A program made the position numbers and the translations under genes. From Candidatus Omnitrophota bacterium (GTDB lineage: Bacteria; Omnitrophota; Gorgyraeia; Zapsychrales; Fredricksoniimonadaceae): DNA of 64,000 nucleotides. Below are positions 44,958-55,674 of this stretch, one piece after another; position 1 is the first letter of the stretch; the number at the start of each line of letters is the position of its first letter. The DNA lies in contig JBGAJA010000001.1 in NCBI GenBank assembly GCA_044225175.1, forward strand, positions 742,711 to 806,710, read 5' to 3'. Under the pieces are notes generated by a model. The model did not search any database. It saw only the letters and a list, made by a program, of their open reading frames with translations, and was not told where the DNA came from.

Positions 44958-47524
44958 AGAATGACTAAATCCTTCGCTTGAGATAATGCCGATTCAATTT
45001 TTTGAGGTTCCTTGGAGCCTGCTTGAGCGAGCTGAGGCTTGCCTCCACCGCTTGCTCCAAATAGCGGGGCTATTCTTCCGACGATGTCATTGGCTTTAAT
45101 CCCCCGGGCAACTAAATCGTCAGACACAGAAACCACCAATGAAGCATCCTCTTGAGATTTGCCGCCAAGAACAAAAACTCCAGAGGCCAGCTTCTTTCTT
45201 AAGATATCTGAAAGTTTACGCAATGAACCAATGTCCACATTATCTAAACATTGAATGAGAACATTTGTGCCCTTAACCGTTGCAGTGTTTTTAATCAAAT
45301 CATCCGCTGAAGATGCAATTTTCTGAAAATTAGCAGCAGCTTGCTGTTTGTCTTGCTCTTTTTGTTTTTGAATTTGCAATCTTGCTTGCTCTTCTTCATT
45401 CTTCTTATTTAAGAACTCACTGACCACAGCTTTACCTGTTAAAGCCTCAATACGGCGAATACCTTGAGCAACAGAACCTTCAGAAACAATCTTGATGGCC
45501 TCAACTTCAGAGGTAGAAGCCAAATGCGTGCCCCCACAGAATTCGCGGGAATAATCACCAATGGACACAACGCGAACAGTAGCACCATATTTCTCAGCAA
45601 AGAAGGCCAAAGCACCTTTTTTCTTAGCCTCTTCAATAGGAAGAACCTCTACTGAAACTGGATCAGCCTTTTTGATGAATTCACTCAGACGGCTTTCGAT
45701 TTTCTGCATCTGCTCAGGCTTAATTCCACTTGGATGAGCAAAGTCAAAGCGCAAACGGCCTTCTTCCACAAGCGAACCTTGCTGCTTGATGTGACTGCCC
45801 AGGGTTTCCCTTAGAGCAGACTGAAGCATGTGGGTTGCCGTATGATTACGTTTAATAGCCTGGCGTCTGGCCTCATCGACCTCGGCTTCAAGCATGTCGC
45901 CCGTCGCTGTTTGGCCCTCTAGGACCTCACAGGAATGGATAAAAATGTCATTGGTTTTCTGGGTATCTAGCACCCGAAGTTTGCCCTGGGGTGAACTCAA
46001 AAAGCCCGTATCTCCCACCTGACCGCCGCTTTCAGCATAGAATGGCGTGCGATCAAGAATGACAAGCACCTTTTGTCCTTTGGAGGCAACAGCTGCTTCC
46101 TTAGCCCCTTCAATGATTTTAAGCACCTTAACTTGGGCCTTGGTTACTTCATAACCCACAAACTGGGTCTTAGGCACATTCAACTCGACATCTTTATCTG
46201 CAAACCTCTCCCCAGTCATTTTGCTGCCTGCACGAGAGCGTTCTTTTTGTTCTTCCATTTTAACTTCATAACTTTTGATTGCTTCATCAATTGTGTGTTG
46301 AGAAACACCAGATTCTTTAGCAACTTCACAGATGGTAGACAAAGTTAACCCGTGTGTATCGCGATACAAAAAGAACAAAGAACCCAAATCAACACCCTTA
46401 GCTGTCAATTTTTCTTTCAACTCTGGAATTCGTTCACGTCTAACTTTAATAAAGGACTCCTCAATACGCTTGATGGCATCTTTGACATCTGAAGCTTTCC
46501 CTATGAGCTCGGGATAAGGTTCTTTGTGAACATCTACAATGACATCTACAAAGGTATGAATAATTGGTTTCTCTACCCCTGCACGAATAGCTAAGTCTGT
46601 GATATCCACAATCAGTTTGCGCATAACGTAGCCGCGGCCTTCATTGGAAGGAATTACCCCGTCAGAAATACCAAAGGTGATGGCACGGATATGATCAGCC
46701 ACAATACGAAATTCACTTTCAGTAAGCTTGGCGTTATTGGCAGCAAAGGTATCTTTTATAACTTTCAAGATGACGGCAAAATTATCTGTTTCATAATTAC
46801 TTTTAACCCCTTGGACCACAGAGGCCAAACGCTCGAGTCCCATCCCTGTATCAATATTCTTTCCTGGTAATGGCTCCAAGATACCGCCGTCTTTACGGTT
46901 AAATTGTGTGAAGACCAGATTCCAGACTTCAGTAAAACGCCCACAGCTACAAGATGGATCACACTTTTGGCTCTTGCAATTAGGATTCACACCATAATCA
47001 AAGAATATTTCGGTGCAGGGACCACAAGGACCATTGGGACCATTCTTCTTAGCTTCAGCTGGCCAGAAATTATCTTTATCTCCTAAGCGGACAATCTTTT
47101 CTTTGGGAAAGCCCATTTTGACCCATTCATCGTAGGCTTCCTGGTCTTCTTCATACACAGAAACCCAAAGCTTGTCGCCTGATAGTTTCATTTCTTTAGT
47201 CAAAAACTCCCAAGCCCAGGCAATAGCTTCTTTCTTAAAATAATCACCAAAGGAAAAATTCCCCAGCATTTCGAAGAATGTGTGATGACAGGGTGTCTTG
47301 CCGATTTTATCTAAATCATCGGTACGAAGGCATTTCTGAGATGTTGCTGCACGCGTATACCCATCAATGCGTCCTAAGAATTGCGGCTTGAATTGCTGCA
47401 TCCCTGCTGTTGTAAACAACACAGTGGGGTCATCCTTAGGGACAACAGAGTCACTGGCAATGATGGAATGACCTTTAGATTTAAAAAACTCTAAGAATTT
47501 TGTTCTAATTTGGTTTGTTGTCAT
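44954..47524 (-). CDS. alaS: Alanine--tRNA ligase
   Basis: 856 aa. Class II aaRS core, editing-domain HxxxH (NHTATHMLQ), C-terminal DHHA1-like region. Confidence 0.95.
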   Translation of the reverse strand: MTTNQIRTKFLEFFKSKGHSIIASDSVVPKDDPTVLFTTAGMQQFKPQFLGRIDGYTRAATSQKCLRTDDLDKIGKTPCHHTFFEMLGNFSFGDYFKKEAIAWAWEFLTKEMKLSGDKLWVSVYEEDQEAYDEWVKMGFPKEKIVRLGDKDNFWPAEAKKNGPNGPCGPCTEIFFDYGVNPNCKSQKCDPSCSCGRFTEVWNLVFTQFNRKDGGILEPLPGKNIDTGMGLERLASVVQGVKSNYETDNFAVILKVIKDTFAANNAKLTESEFRIVADHIRAITFGISDGVIPSNEGRGYVMRKLIVDITDLAIRAGVEKPIIHTFVDVIVDVHKEPYPELIGKASDVKDAIKRIEESFIKVRRERIPELKEKLTAKGVDLGSLFFLYRDTHGLTLSTICEVAKESGVSQHTIDEAIKSYEVKMEEQKERSRAGSKMTGERFADKDVELNVPKTQFVGYEVTKAQVKVLKIIEGAKEAAVASKGQKVLVILDRTPFYAESGGQVGDTGFLSSPQGKLRVLDTQKTNDIFIHSCEVLEGQTATGDMLEAEVDEARRQAIKRNHTATHMLQSALRETLGSHIKQQGSLVEEGRLRFDFAHPSGIKPEQMQKIESRLSEFIKKADPVSVEVLPIEEAKKKGALAFFAEKYGATVRVVSIGDYSREFCGGTHLASTSEVEAIKIVSEGSVAQGIRRIEALTGKAVVSEFLNKKNEEEQARLQIQKQKEQDKQQAAANFQKIASSADDLIKNTATVKGTNVLIQCLDNVDIGSLRKLSDILRKKLASGVFVLGGKSQEDASLVVSVSDDLVARGIKANDIVGRIAPLFGASGGGKPQLAQAGSKEPQKIESALSQAKDLVIL

Positions 47525-47533
47525 ATTTTCCTA

Positions 47534-47603
47534 GTGTCATTGCAAGGAGCAAAGCGACGAAGCAATCTATTAAAGGATTGCTTCACTTCGTTCGCAATGA
47601 CAC
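47534..47603. promoter_or_regulatory. 70-bp nested imperfect palindrome immediately upstream of alaS RBS (downstream of recX)
   Basis: Outer 10-bp stem GTGTCATTGC/GCAATGACAC. Inner 9-bp stem GAAGCAATC/GATTGCTTC around loop tattaaag. Ends ~15 nt before AGGAAAATATG (alaS). Confidence 0.5.
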
Positions 47604-47608
47604 GCAAT

Positions 47609-48058
47609 TTAACTTAACTTCTTAATCACCTTTAATACATCACTTGGAGCAAACCCTCTCCTTAGCAGAAAGTCATGTATCCGTTTTTTTCTTTTTTGAG
47701 GATCAATCGAAGAAAATCTTTGCCAGCGTCTCTTGGCGACTTCTAAAGCTGTTTCTTCTGAAGAATAATCTTCCCGAGCGGATGCAACTGCTTCTTGGAT
47801 AATGTCATCAGAAACACCCTTCTGTTTTAATTCTCTGATGATCCTCATAAAACCAAACGGCCGGGCTAAACGATATTGGATCCAACTCTTCGTAAAAGCC
47901 CGGTCGTCAAGTAATTGTATGTCTTGAAGCCACTTCAAGGTTTCTGTAATGTCTTTTTCTTCAAAACCTTTTGCTTCCAACTTAACTTTTAATTCTTCAA
48001 CTGCACGTGGTCGAATCTTTAAAAACCTGAGTGCTGATGTACGACATGAAGCGCCCAT
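47609..48058 (-). CDS. recX: Recombination regulator RecX
   Basis: 149 aa. Immediately downstream of recA with a 1-nt overlap. RecX-like helical-repeat composition. Confidence 0.75.
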   Translation of the reverse strand: MGASCRTSALRFLKIRPRAVEELKVKLEAKGFEEKDITETLKWLQDIQLLDDRAFTKSWIQYRLARPFGFMRIIRELKQKGVSDDIIQEAVASAREDYSSEETALEVAKRRWQRFSSIDPQKRKKRIHDFLLRRGFAPSDVLKVIKKLS

Positions 48059-49092
48059 TACACCTTTTTAGTTTTTAATTTCTCGATCACTTGTTTTTCA
48101 ATCTTGGCTAATAACTTTGGGTTGTCTTTCAAAAGCTTACGAGCAGCTTCGCGACCTTGGCCGATCTTTTCATTCTCGAAAGATAACCATGATCCGCTCT
48201 TTTGAATGACTTCTTGGGCAACGCCAAGATCAATAATATCTCCAGCTTTAGAGATACCTTCATCAAAATAGATTTCAAATTCAGCTTCTTTGAAAGGAGG
48301 CGCAACCTTATTTTTAACGACTTTTGCTTTCACACGGTTAGCAATGATATCTTCCCCAGATTTAATGGATTCAATTTTACGAAGATCAATACGGACAGAG
48401 GCATAAAACTTCAATGCACGACCACCAGTTGTCGTCTCAGGAGAACCAAACATGACACCAATTTTCATACGAACTTGGTTAATGAATATGACACAACTTT
48501 TGGATTTGCTGATGGCAGCTGTTAATTTACGAAGAGCTTGGCTCATCAAACGGGCCTGAAGACCCATATGAGAGTCCCCCATTTCCCCTTCGATTTCAGC
48601 GCGTGGAGTTAAAGCAGCCACAGAGTCGATGACAACTAAATCTACAGCATTGGAACGAACTAATGTTTCAGCGATTTCTAAGGCTTGCTCACCTGTATCT
48701 GGCTGAGAGACCAAAAGATCATCCAGCTTTACGCCTAATTTGATAGCATAACTGGCATCAAAGGCATGCTCAGCGTCAATAAACGCTGCAACTCCACCTG
48801 CTAATTGTAATTGTTTAATAATACTTAATGTTAATGTGGTTTTACCCGAAGATTCTGGGCCGTAGATTTCGATCACTCGGCCGCGAGGAACGCCCCAAAC
48901 ACCTAAAGCAGCATCAAGGGCCAAAGAACCGGTTGAGATGACAGGGATGTCAACTACAACCTTACTATCCATACGCATAATGGAACCTTTACCGAACTGT
49001 TTTTCAATTTGTGCAAGGGCTAAATCAAGAGCTTTTAAACGGTTCTCTTTATCACCGGAAGGTTTTTCAACAACTGCTTTGTCTTGCGCCAT
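48058..49092 (-). CDS. recA: Recombinase RecA
   Basis: Walker [12 protein letters not shown]1/L2 loops. The track ORF starts 5 codons earlier (49107). MAQDK (ATG at 49090-49092) with GGAGGCAGG upstream is the more likely start. Confidence 0.95.
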   Translation of the reverse strand: MAQDKAVVEKPSGDKENRLKALDLALAQIEKQFGKGSIMRMDSKVVVDIPVISTGSLALDAALGVWGVPRGRVIEIYGPESSGKTTLTLSIIKQLQLAGGVAAFIDAEHAFDASYAIKLGVKLDDLLVSQPDTGEQALEIAETLVRSNAVDLVVIDSVAALTPRAEIEGEMGDSHMGLQARLMSQALRKLTAAISKSKSCVIFINQVRMKIGVMFGSPETTTGGRALKFYASVRIDLRKIESIKSGEDIIANRVKAKVVKNKVAPPFKEAEFEIYFDEGISKAGDIIDLGVAQEVIQKSGSWLSFENEKIGQGREAARKLLKDNPKLLAKIEKQVIEKLKTKKV

Positions 49093-49120
49093 AATGCCTG
49101 CCTCCATATTTATATTAAAT

Positions 49121-49150
49121 TAAGAAACGGATTATACATGCATGGGGATT
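49121..49150 (-). promoter_or_regulatory. Putative sigma70-type promoter for recA (TTGACA-18 nt-TATAAT on the minus strand)
   Basis: Revcomp of 49145-49150 is TTGACA. Revcomp of 49121-49126 is TATAAT. ~30 nt upstream of the recA start. Confidence 0.4.
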
Positions 49151-49187
49151 GTATTGTCAATTCCAAAGGGTGTGGAATGTTATTTGT

Positions 49188-49916
49188 TTATTCGAGTAGA
49201 AAATGGACCAAACTGACTGTAGCAATAGCGGCAGTTTCGACCTTTAAGACGGTATCTCCTAAAGAAATAGGCACACATCCAGCCTTGACCGCTTGCTCCA
49301 CTTCATCTGGAGTAAAATCGCCTTCTGGACCGATAAAGATAGTTACAGATTTATTGGTGCTGTTTCCTATGATTTCTTTAATATGTTTTGATTTACCATT
49401 AAGCGATGGGAAAAGATGCAATCCTTGAGGGTCTAAATTCTTTAATACTTGGGATAAGTCTGTCATGGGGTGGATCTTGGGCAAATCGGTTCGTTTGGAT
49501 TGCTTGGAGGCATTCATGGCTACCTTTTGAAAACGACTAAGCTTTCCTGCCATCTTATCGGATGAGTACACCACATCTCCTCTTTTCGTCTTAAGGGGAA
49601 TGATTTCATCAACACCAAGCTCCGTGCACTTCTCAATGATCCATTCAAACTTGTCTTTCTTAGGAGGCGCGCAGGCTAGAATGATTTTGACTTTCTTTGA
49701 ACTTGCCTGGCGAATGGATTGGACTTCTACTTTAAGACCTTGTTGGGTAAAGTCTTGAATCATAACCTCAGCCTCTTGGTTCTGACCATTAAAAATCTGA
49801 ATCACAGCCCCCTTTTTAAGACGCAGCACATCCTTCATATGATGAACTTCATCCTTATCTGTGATTGTCAGGATCTTTTGCGAGAAATTGGCGTGTTGGG
49901 AATAAAAACGGTGCAT
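49188..49916 (-). CDS. rsmE: 16S rRNA (uracil1498-N3)-methyltransferase
   Basis: 242 aa. RsmE family (N-terminal PUA-like; C-terminal IFIGPEGDFTPDEV...VSLGDTVLKVETA). Confidence 0.8.
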   Translation of the reverse strand: MHRFYSQHANFSQKILTITDKDEVHHMKDVLRLKKGAVIQIFNGQNQEAEVMIQDFTQQGLKVEVQSIRQASSKKVKIILACAPPKKDKFEWIIEKCTELGVDEIIPLKTKRGDVVYSSDKMAGKLSRFQKVAMNASKQSKRTDLPKIHPMTDLSQVLKNLDPQGLHLFPSLNGKSKHIKEIIGNSTNKSVTIFIGPEGDFTPDEVEQAVKAGCVPISLGDTVLKVETAAIATVSLVHFLLE

Positions 49917-49947
49917 AGTGGTTATATGTTAGCAATGTTATGGTGAA

Positions 49948-50217
49948 TCATCTATAAACATTTTTTCTGTGATCAATATCTACTATCATAATTAACAAGT
50001 AATTCTTTAATGGTTTATACAAAATTCTAATCACCCCTATTCGATAAGACCGAAGCCACTTGAATGGTCCACTCAAAAGTTTGCCGACTAAAGGATCCTT
50101 CGTAATAATATTTTCAAGTGTATCAAGGATATATTCTTTTAATTTCTTATCTTGAATGTTGTTAAACTTTTTAAGCGCTAGGGGATCCCATCTTATCAAA
50201 TAAATATTTTGTCTCAT
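49948..50217 (-). CDS. Type II toxin, RelE/ParE superfamily
   Basis: 89 aa, basic. 4-nt overlap with the upstream Phd/YefM antitoxin gene. RelE-like C-terminus (YRIGVIRILY...IVDIDHRKNVY). Confidence 0.7.
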   Translation of the reverse strand: MRQNIYLIRWDPLALKKFNNIQDKKLKEYILDTLENIITKDPLVGKLLSGPFKWLRSYRIGVIRILYKPLKNYLLIMIVDIDHRKNVYR

Positions 50218-50483
50218 ACTCTTTGAGGTCTTCCTATAGCTTTTTCAAATGAAACACCTTTGCCTTTATCTGCATCTTTCATACGTCTAATTAACTCTTT
50301 GGAATATTCTTTATCCTGAAGAATTTCGATCGTTTCAAGCATGCCTTCATAATCCTGCTGACTCATGATAACCCCATAAGGCTTACCATTAAGTGTCACT
50401 GAAAACACCTCTCCCAAATCATTAGATTTTCTTAACACGTCCAAAAACTGACTTTTAGCTTGAGTTACCGTCATCGTTTTCAT
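50214..50483 (-). CDS. Type II antitoxin, Phd/YefM family
   Basis: The likely start is MKTMTVTQAKSQFLDVL... (ATG at 50481-50483, AGGAGG 6 nt upstream). The track ORF extends to 50519 across the operator palindrome. Confidence 0.75.
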   Translation of the reverse strand: MKTMTVTQAKSQFLDVLRKSNDLGEVFSVTLNGKPYGVIMSQQDYEGMLETIEILQDKEYSKELIRRMKDADKGKGVSFEKAIGRPQRV

Positions 50484-50499
50484 GTCCTTCCTCCTGTAT

Positions 50500-50519
50500 A
50501 TGGTCATAATTATGACCAT
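50500..50519. promoter_or_regulatory. Perfect 20-bp palindrome ATGGTCATAATTATGACCAT in the TA promoter region (putative antitoxin operator)
   Basis: Exact dyad symmetry. Lies 17 bp upstream of the antitoxin start codon. Confidence 0.5.
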
Positions 50520-50837
50520 TACAAGAATACCATTCTAATATTAGAGCGTCAAATGGCTATTTGCTTACAAGTCTACGGATTTTCTTTAATTCACTTAATG
50601 CTGCTTCCGCGAAGATCCTTGAAAGATACTTCCTTTGGACAATTCTTTCTAAGGCAATGATAGGAGCCTTCAATCTTAGGCGTAGTTCGTTGACTAATAG
50701 TTTTTTCATAGATTGTCTAAAAATATTCAAGGCGTCCGATAAATGTTCGGCGTAATCAAAGATGTTCCCCAGGATTTACTTCCGCCGGCCGTCCGTAAAT
50801 CCACATCCGATTTGGGGACGCCTCGAATGGTGTACCA

Positions 50838-51110
50838 CTACTCTCTTTGTTCCTGATAAGCTTGTAAAACTTTCCTAACAATCTTCCCTTGGACAAATTT
50901 ATCCGAGCATTGGACCTTTTCATACCAACGTTCATTTTTTCCAAGTTGAGAAGGCATAGATACAAATAGCCCTTTATCACCATCAATGACTCGTAGACCT
51001 TTAATAATCAAAGCATCATTGACCGATAAATCCACAAAAGCCTTAAGACGATGGCCTTCGGGAAGTCGATGCATCTTAACTATTTTGAAATCTAAAAGAT
51101 CAGAAGACAT
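50838..51110 (-). CDS. spoVG: SpoVG family protein
   Basis: 90 aa. LIIKGLRVIDGDKGLFVSMPS matches the SpoVG core. Confidence 0.8.
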   Translation of the reverse strand: MSSDLLDFKIVKMHRLPEGHRLKAFVDLSVNDALIIKGLRVIDGDKGLFVSMPSQLGKNERWYEKVQCSDKFVQGKIVRKVLQAYQEQRE

Positions 51111-51121
51111 TTCTCCTCCTA

Positions 51122-51364
51122 TTAGCTAGCTACTGGTGGATTAGAAACTACTGGTGCGGCTGGATAACATTTCCCACAAGGTTTAAGACCTTTTTTAGTT
51201 GCCTCTTCCATAGCAATGGGCTTGGCATTCTTTTTTTGAATCATTAAACAATCTTGCTTGTGATACTTCTTTCCATTCTTTGTTGCATACACATCTTCTG
51301 CAAAAGCAAATGTGGAACTAACTAGAACCATTGCAACCAACATCACTCCTAAAACCTTTTTCAT
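51122..51364 (-). CDS. Small exported Cys-containing protein (hypothetical)
   Basis: The likely start is MKKVLGVMLVAMVLVSSTFAFA (signal peptide), ATG at 51362-51364 with AAAGGAGAAG upstream. Mature part has C-x-...-PCGKC motifs. Confidence 0.55.
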   Translation of the reverse strand: MKKVLGVMLVAMVLVSSTFAFAEDVYATKNGKKYHKQDCLMIQKKNAKPIAMEEATKKGLKPCGKCYPAAPVVSNPPVAS

Positions 51365-51558
51365 AACTTCTCCTTTTGTTATAAATGTTAATTCAACTTT
51401 CGGAATCCTAATCATATTTTGATCTTTTGTCAAATATTATTTTAATCTAACATCAATTTTTGAGATCAAATCCAATTTATCGTCAAATAATATTGCATTT
51501 TAATCAAGATGTGGTAAGCTTGTGTAGTTCTAAAGATTTGTCAAAACAGGAGAGACAC

Positions 51559-52110
51559 ATGCTAATCGGAGATAAACTTCAAGAAATACGAAAAAAGAAA
51601 AAAATGACGCTCACTGAACTTTCTGAAAAAAGCGGCATTCAACTAGCCACCCTAAGCCGCATTGAAAACAAAAAAATGACTGGCACAATCGAATCCCACA
51701 TTGCAATCGCCAAGGCCCTTGAAATCGACGTAGTTGAGCTTTACAAATCCGTCATCCATCAAAATAAAGAAATTGAATTGATCCAGGCCCCTGAAACTTC
51801 AGAAGTTTTTACACATAATGACAAGTCTTCCTTTGAAATCCTCACCAAAAACGTTTTAAGTAAACATATGATGCCTACCTTAATACGCATTGAACAAGGC
51901 GGGGCAACTCAGCAGGAACAAGGAAAACCTAACAGCGAAAAGTTTATTTTTGTGTTGGAAGGCCCGATCGAAGTGGTTGTAGATACAAAGACCTTTATTC
52001 TTAAGAAAAACAACACGCTATATTTTGATGGTTCTCTACCCCACATATTTAAAAATACTTCAAAAAATACCGCTAAATTATTGTGCGTTGCAACCCCGGT
52101 TGCCCTATAA
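51559..52110 (+). CDS. XRE-family HTH plus cupin-domain transcriptional regulator
   Basis: Start MLIGDKLQEIRKKKKMTLTELSEKSG (AGGAGAG 7 nt upstream). The track ORF begins 33 codons earlier. N-terminal HTH_3-like region, C-terminal cupin beta-barrel region. Confidence 0.75.
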   Translation: MLIGDKLQEIRKKKKMTLTELSEKSGIQLATLSRIENKKMTGTIESHIAIAKALEIDVVELYKSVIHQNKEIELIQAPETSEVFTHNDKSSFEILTKNVLSKHMMPTLIRIEQGGATQQEQGKPNSEKFIFVLEGPIEVVVDTKTFILKKNNTLYFDGSLPHIFKNTSKNTAKLLCVATPVAL

Positions 52111-52128
52111 CTTATAAGGAGAAAGACA

Positions 52129-52488
52129 ATGAACCAAAAAATTTTAATCTGTGATGACGAAGAAAACATCCGTGAAACAATCAAACTAGTCCTGGGAGAT
52201 TTCTACGAACTCTTTCTGGTTGCAACCGGCGAACAAGCCCTCTACACCCTAGCCCACAATAAAGACATTAAATTGGCCCTTTTAGACATCAAAATGCCCA
52301 AAGTCAGCGGCCTTGATCTATTAAGTGAAATCAAAACCAAATACCCCGACATAAAAATCATCATGGTCACCGGCTACCGCTCCGTCGAGACAGCAGCCGA
52401 AGCTTCCAGACTCGGAGCCTCTGGATACCTGGTTAAACCGTTTAAATCGCATGATATTTTGGAGACGGTGAGAAAGAATTTAGGCTAA
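52129..52488 (+). CDS. Single-domain response regulator (CheY-like receiver)
   Basis: 119 aa. ILICDDEENIRE, phospho-acceptor D in LALLDIKMP, conserved T (MVTG) and K (YLVKP). Confidence 0.85.
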   Translation: MNQKILICDDEENIRETIKLVLGDFYELFLVATGEQALYTLAHNKDIKLALLDIKMPKVSGLDLLSEIKTKYPDIKIIMVTGYRSVETAAEASRLGASGYLVKPFKSHDILETVRKNLG

Positions 52489-52495
52489 ATACTTA

Positions 52496-54088
52496 ATGAA
52501 TTTTAACCCATACACAATCCCACCAATTTTGTGTTTGTTACTGGCTGTTATATGTGGTGTTTTTGTTATTGGTCAGAATCCTAAAGCAAAACTAAATCAG
52601 ATTTTCTTATTTATATGCCTAACATTTATAGGCTGGTTCTCCTTTTACATCCCCTTTAATTTTCCATACTCAGAGCATCAAATATTAATTTGGACTAAAA
52701 TTTCTTTTTGTTTTATTTCTTTCATTCCTATAACGACTTTCACATTTATTTCCACTTATTTACAAATCCCTAAGAATGAATTCTGGTTTAGAATAAACTC
52801 ATTAATTGGATTAGTATTCTCTATATTAAGCCTAAGTACTGATTGGATTATTAAAGGAGTCTTGCATTTGCCTTGGCATCCTTATCCTGAGGCTGGCATT
52901 CTTCATCCACTACTAATATTACACTGCCTTTCCTTAGCTTATTGGGGGATAAAATTGACACTTATTACGCTAAAAGATAAATCCCTTTCTGATAAGCGGC
53001 GCAATCATATCAAATACATGTTTATCGCCATGATTGCATTAACACCTGGAGCCATTGACTTTCTAGGAAATTATAATATTCAAGTTTACCAAATCGGATA
53101 TATACCGGTATCTGCTTATTTATTAATAACGACAATCGCCATCATTAAATATCAATTAATGGACATTCAGATTATATTAAAGAAAAGTCTTCTTTATACA
53201 ATTTTGATTGCCGTTATTGCCCTGTTCTATTTTCTTTCCATTTATGTGGCTGAACATGCTCTACAGAATATCTTTAAATATCAGTCTATTTTTATTTCTC
53301 TATTCTTCGCCACTATTATTGCTATTGTCTTTATTCCGATTAAAAACTTTCTAGAAAAGCATCTGTTTAATAAAAGTTTAGGGATGATTGCCGAAGAAAA
53401 TGATCTTTTAAGAGTGGAAGTTGCTCAAACTGAAAAATTCAAAATGGTAGCCAATCTGGCCAGTAGCATTGCCCATGAAATCAAAAATCCCCTGACTGCC
53501 CTTCAAACTTTTAATGAATATTTACCTCAAAAAAAGAATGATCCAGAGTTTTTTGATAAATACCAAACCATCGTATCGCAAGAGCTCAATCGTATTAATG
53601 GTTTAGCACAAGAACTTTTAGCTTTTGCCAAGCCTTGCCCCCCTCAAATCCAACAAGTCAATCCCAACGAAATCATTACTCAAATCATCCAATTAGTTCA
53701 TCAGAAATGCTCTGCAAATAAAATCAATATTGAAACTAAGCTAGAGGCCCATAACCTTATATCAGCCGACCCCAATCAACTCAAACAAGCATTGCTTAAT
53801 ATTATCCTGAACGCCATTGATGCCATGCCTGATGGAGGCATATTAACTATTTCTACCAGTGTCATTGCGAGCGAAGCGAAGCAATCTTTTACTATTAGCA
53901 TCTCCGACACCGGCTCCGGCATCTTCCCTAAAGATTTACCTCATATCTTTGAACCGTTTTATACAGGAAAAGAAAAAGGCACAGGATTAGGACTTGCAAT
54001 TACTCAAGGGATTGTTGAGAAACATGGCGGGAAAATATTCGTAGAAAGCAAAATTAACCAAGGCACAACATTTACTATAAAACTATGA
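52496..54088 (+). CDS. Sensor histidine kinase 1 of tandem array (multi-TM N-terminal sensor + HisKA + HATPase_c)
   Basis: 530 aa. ~6-7 TMs, H-box [14 protein letters not shown] boxes ([25 protein letters not shown]). 4-nt overlap with next HK. Confidence 0.85.
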   Translation: MNFNPYTIPPILCLLLAVICGVFVIGQNPKAKLNQIFLFICLTFIGWFSFYIPFNFPYSEHQILIWTKISFCFISFIPITTFTFISTYLQIPKNEFWFRINSLIGLVFSILSLSTDWIIKGVLHLPWHPYPEAGILHPLLILHCLSLAYWGIKLTLITLKDKSLSDKRRNHIKYMFIAMIALTPGAIDFLGNYNIQVYQIGYIPVSAYLLITTIAIIKYQLMDIQIILKKSLLYTILIAVIALFYFLSIYVAEHALQNIFKYQSIFISLFFATIIAIVFIPIKNFLEKHLFNKSLGMIAEENDLLRVEVAQTEKFKMVANLASSIAHEIKNPLTALQTFNEYLPQKKNDPEFFDKYQTIVSQELNRINGLAQELLAFAKPCPPQIQQVNPNEIITQIIQLVHQKCSANKINIETKLEAHNLISADPNQLKQALLNIILNAIDAMPDGGILTISTSVIASEAKQSFTISISDTGSGIFPKDLPHIFEPFYTGKEKGTGLGLAITQGIVEKHGGKIFVESKINQGTTFTIKL

Positions 54089-55674
54089 CACCATTTGCGC
54101 TTTCAGGACTCTTAATTGTGATCACTCATTTAAGTATGGGCACATTTCTACTAATAAAAAATTTTCATAATCCCATTAATCGACTGTATTCATATTTTAC
54201 TTTTGTAGTAGTAATCTGGGGATTAGCAGCTTTCAAAATCGGTACTATTCAAAATTTAGAATCTGCCATCTTATGGTGGAAAATAGGTCATATAGGTATA
54301 ATTTTCGTTCCTATTATGTTTCTTCAATTTGTTTATAGATTTATTGAACAGAAAAATCAAATCTTAATAGTTAGTATTTTTACTGTAACTATTTTCTTTT
54401 TAGCCACCCTTTTTTCCGGACATTTATTAAATACACCGGAATTTATTTTCAATTCATTCTATTACAATGCACACCCCAATCTTTTATACAAAATATTTAC
54501 TACTCTTTGGTTAATGGCTATTATTTTTAGTCATTGCCTTTTATACAAACAGTTAAGAAAAGTTTCCAAGATTAAACAGAATCAAATTAAATATTTCTTC
54601 TTAGCAATAATAATTGGATATACCGGTAGCATCACTAACTTTTTACCCGTATTTGGTATAAATCTTTACCCTTATGGAAATTTTACAATCGTTATTTATC
54701 CAATAATTATGACCTACGCCATTTTGAAATATCAACTAATGGATATAAATATTGTTATCAGAAAAAGTCTTATTTATTCTTCCTTAGTAACAGTTATTAC
54801 ACTGATCTTTTTAACCTCCGTATTAATTTCAGAAAGAATATTCCATCATTTTTTTCAATACAAAGATTTATTTACTTCCATTTTGACTGCTGGTCTTATT
54901 GCTTTAATATTTATTCCCTTAAAGAATGTGATCCAAAACTTTATAGATCATTTATTCTTTAAAGGAACAACGATTGAAATAGCCCAACAAAACGAACAAT
55001 TACGTCACGAAATAGCCCAGACAGAAAAATATAAAATAGCAGCAGCTTTATCCAGCGGAATTGCTCACGAAATCAAAAATCCTTTAACTTCCCTGTCCGT
55101 CTTTACCGAATATCTTCCTGACAAGAAAAATGATCCCGCCTTTCTTGAACAATATCAAAAGATTGCCCAACAAGAAATCGGCCTCATTAACAGCCTTTTA
55201 CAAGAATTACTAGACTTTGCTAAACCCTGCGCACCTCAAATGCAACAGACCAATCTTAATGAGGTCATCACACAAGTCATTCAATTGGTCAGAAAAAAAT
55301 GTGAACAGTCAAAAGTTCTTATTGAAACCTCACTCCAAGCTGATAAAGATCTATCTGCAGACCCAAATCAACTCAAACAAGCCCTGCTAAATTTGATACT
55401 TAATGGTATGGATGCCATGCCTAATGGTGGCACATTAACTATAACCACAGTGATATCATCACAGCACATAATCACCATTTCCGACACCGGCTCTGGAATC
55501 GCCGCCAAAGACCTCCCTCACATTTTTGAGCCCTTTTATACAAAGAAAGAAAAAGGCACTGGATTAGGACTAGCTATTACTCAAGGCATTGTAGAAAAAC
55601 ATGGTGGAAAATTAGAAGTCGAAAGCAAATTAAACCAAGGGTCTACATTTAGGATAACTTTAAAAGTAATATGA
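54085..55674 (+). CDS. Sensor histidine kinase 2 of tandem array
   Basis: 529 aa. Same architecture, H-box [12 protein letters not shown]. Paralogous to HK1, HK3 and HK4. Confidence 0.85.
   Translation: MTPFALSGLLIVITHLSMGTFLLIKNFHNPINRLYSYFTFVVVIWGLAAFKIGTIQNLESAILWWKIGHIGIIFVPIMFLQFVYRFIEQKNQILIVSIFTVTIFFLATLFSGHLLNTPEFIFNSFYYNAHPNLLYKIFTTLWLMAIIFSHCLLYKQLRKVSKIKQNQIKYFFLAIIIGYTGSITNFLPVFGINLYPYGNFTIVIYPIIMTYAILKYQLMDINIVIRKSLIYSSLVTVITLIFLTSVLISERIFHHFFQYKDLFTSILTAGLIALIFIPLKNVIQNFIDHLFFKGTTIEIAQQNEQLRHEIAQTEKYKIAAALSSGIAHEIKNPLTSLSVFTEYLPDKKNDPAFLEQYQKIAQQEIGLINSLLQELLDFAKPCAPQMQQTNLNEVITQVIQLVRKKCEQSKVLIETSLQADKDLSADPNQLKQALLNLILNGMDAMPNGGTLTITTVISSQHIITISDTGSGIAAKDLPHIFEPFYTKKEKGTGLGLAITQGIVEKHGGKLEVESKLNQGSTFRITLKVI

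Noticed and set aside
49108-49187. Searched for a LexA/Cheo-type SOS box upstream of recA.
   Set aside because: Only a weak GAATGTTATTTGTTTATTC-like string is present and no convincing dyad. A sigma70-like -35/-10 pair is reported instead; SOS regulation is not claimed.
50756-50986. 76-aa minus-strand ORF overlapping spoVG in another frame.
   Set aside because: spoVG in the alternative frame has a clear family signature. The overlapping ORF is spurious.
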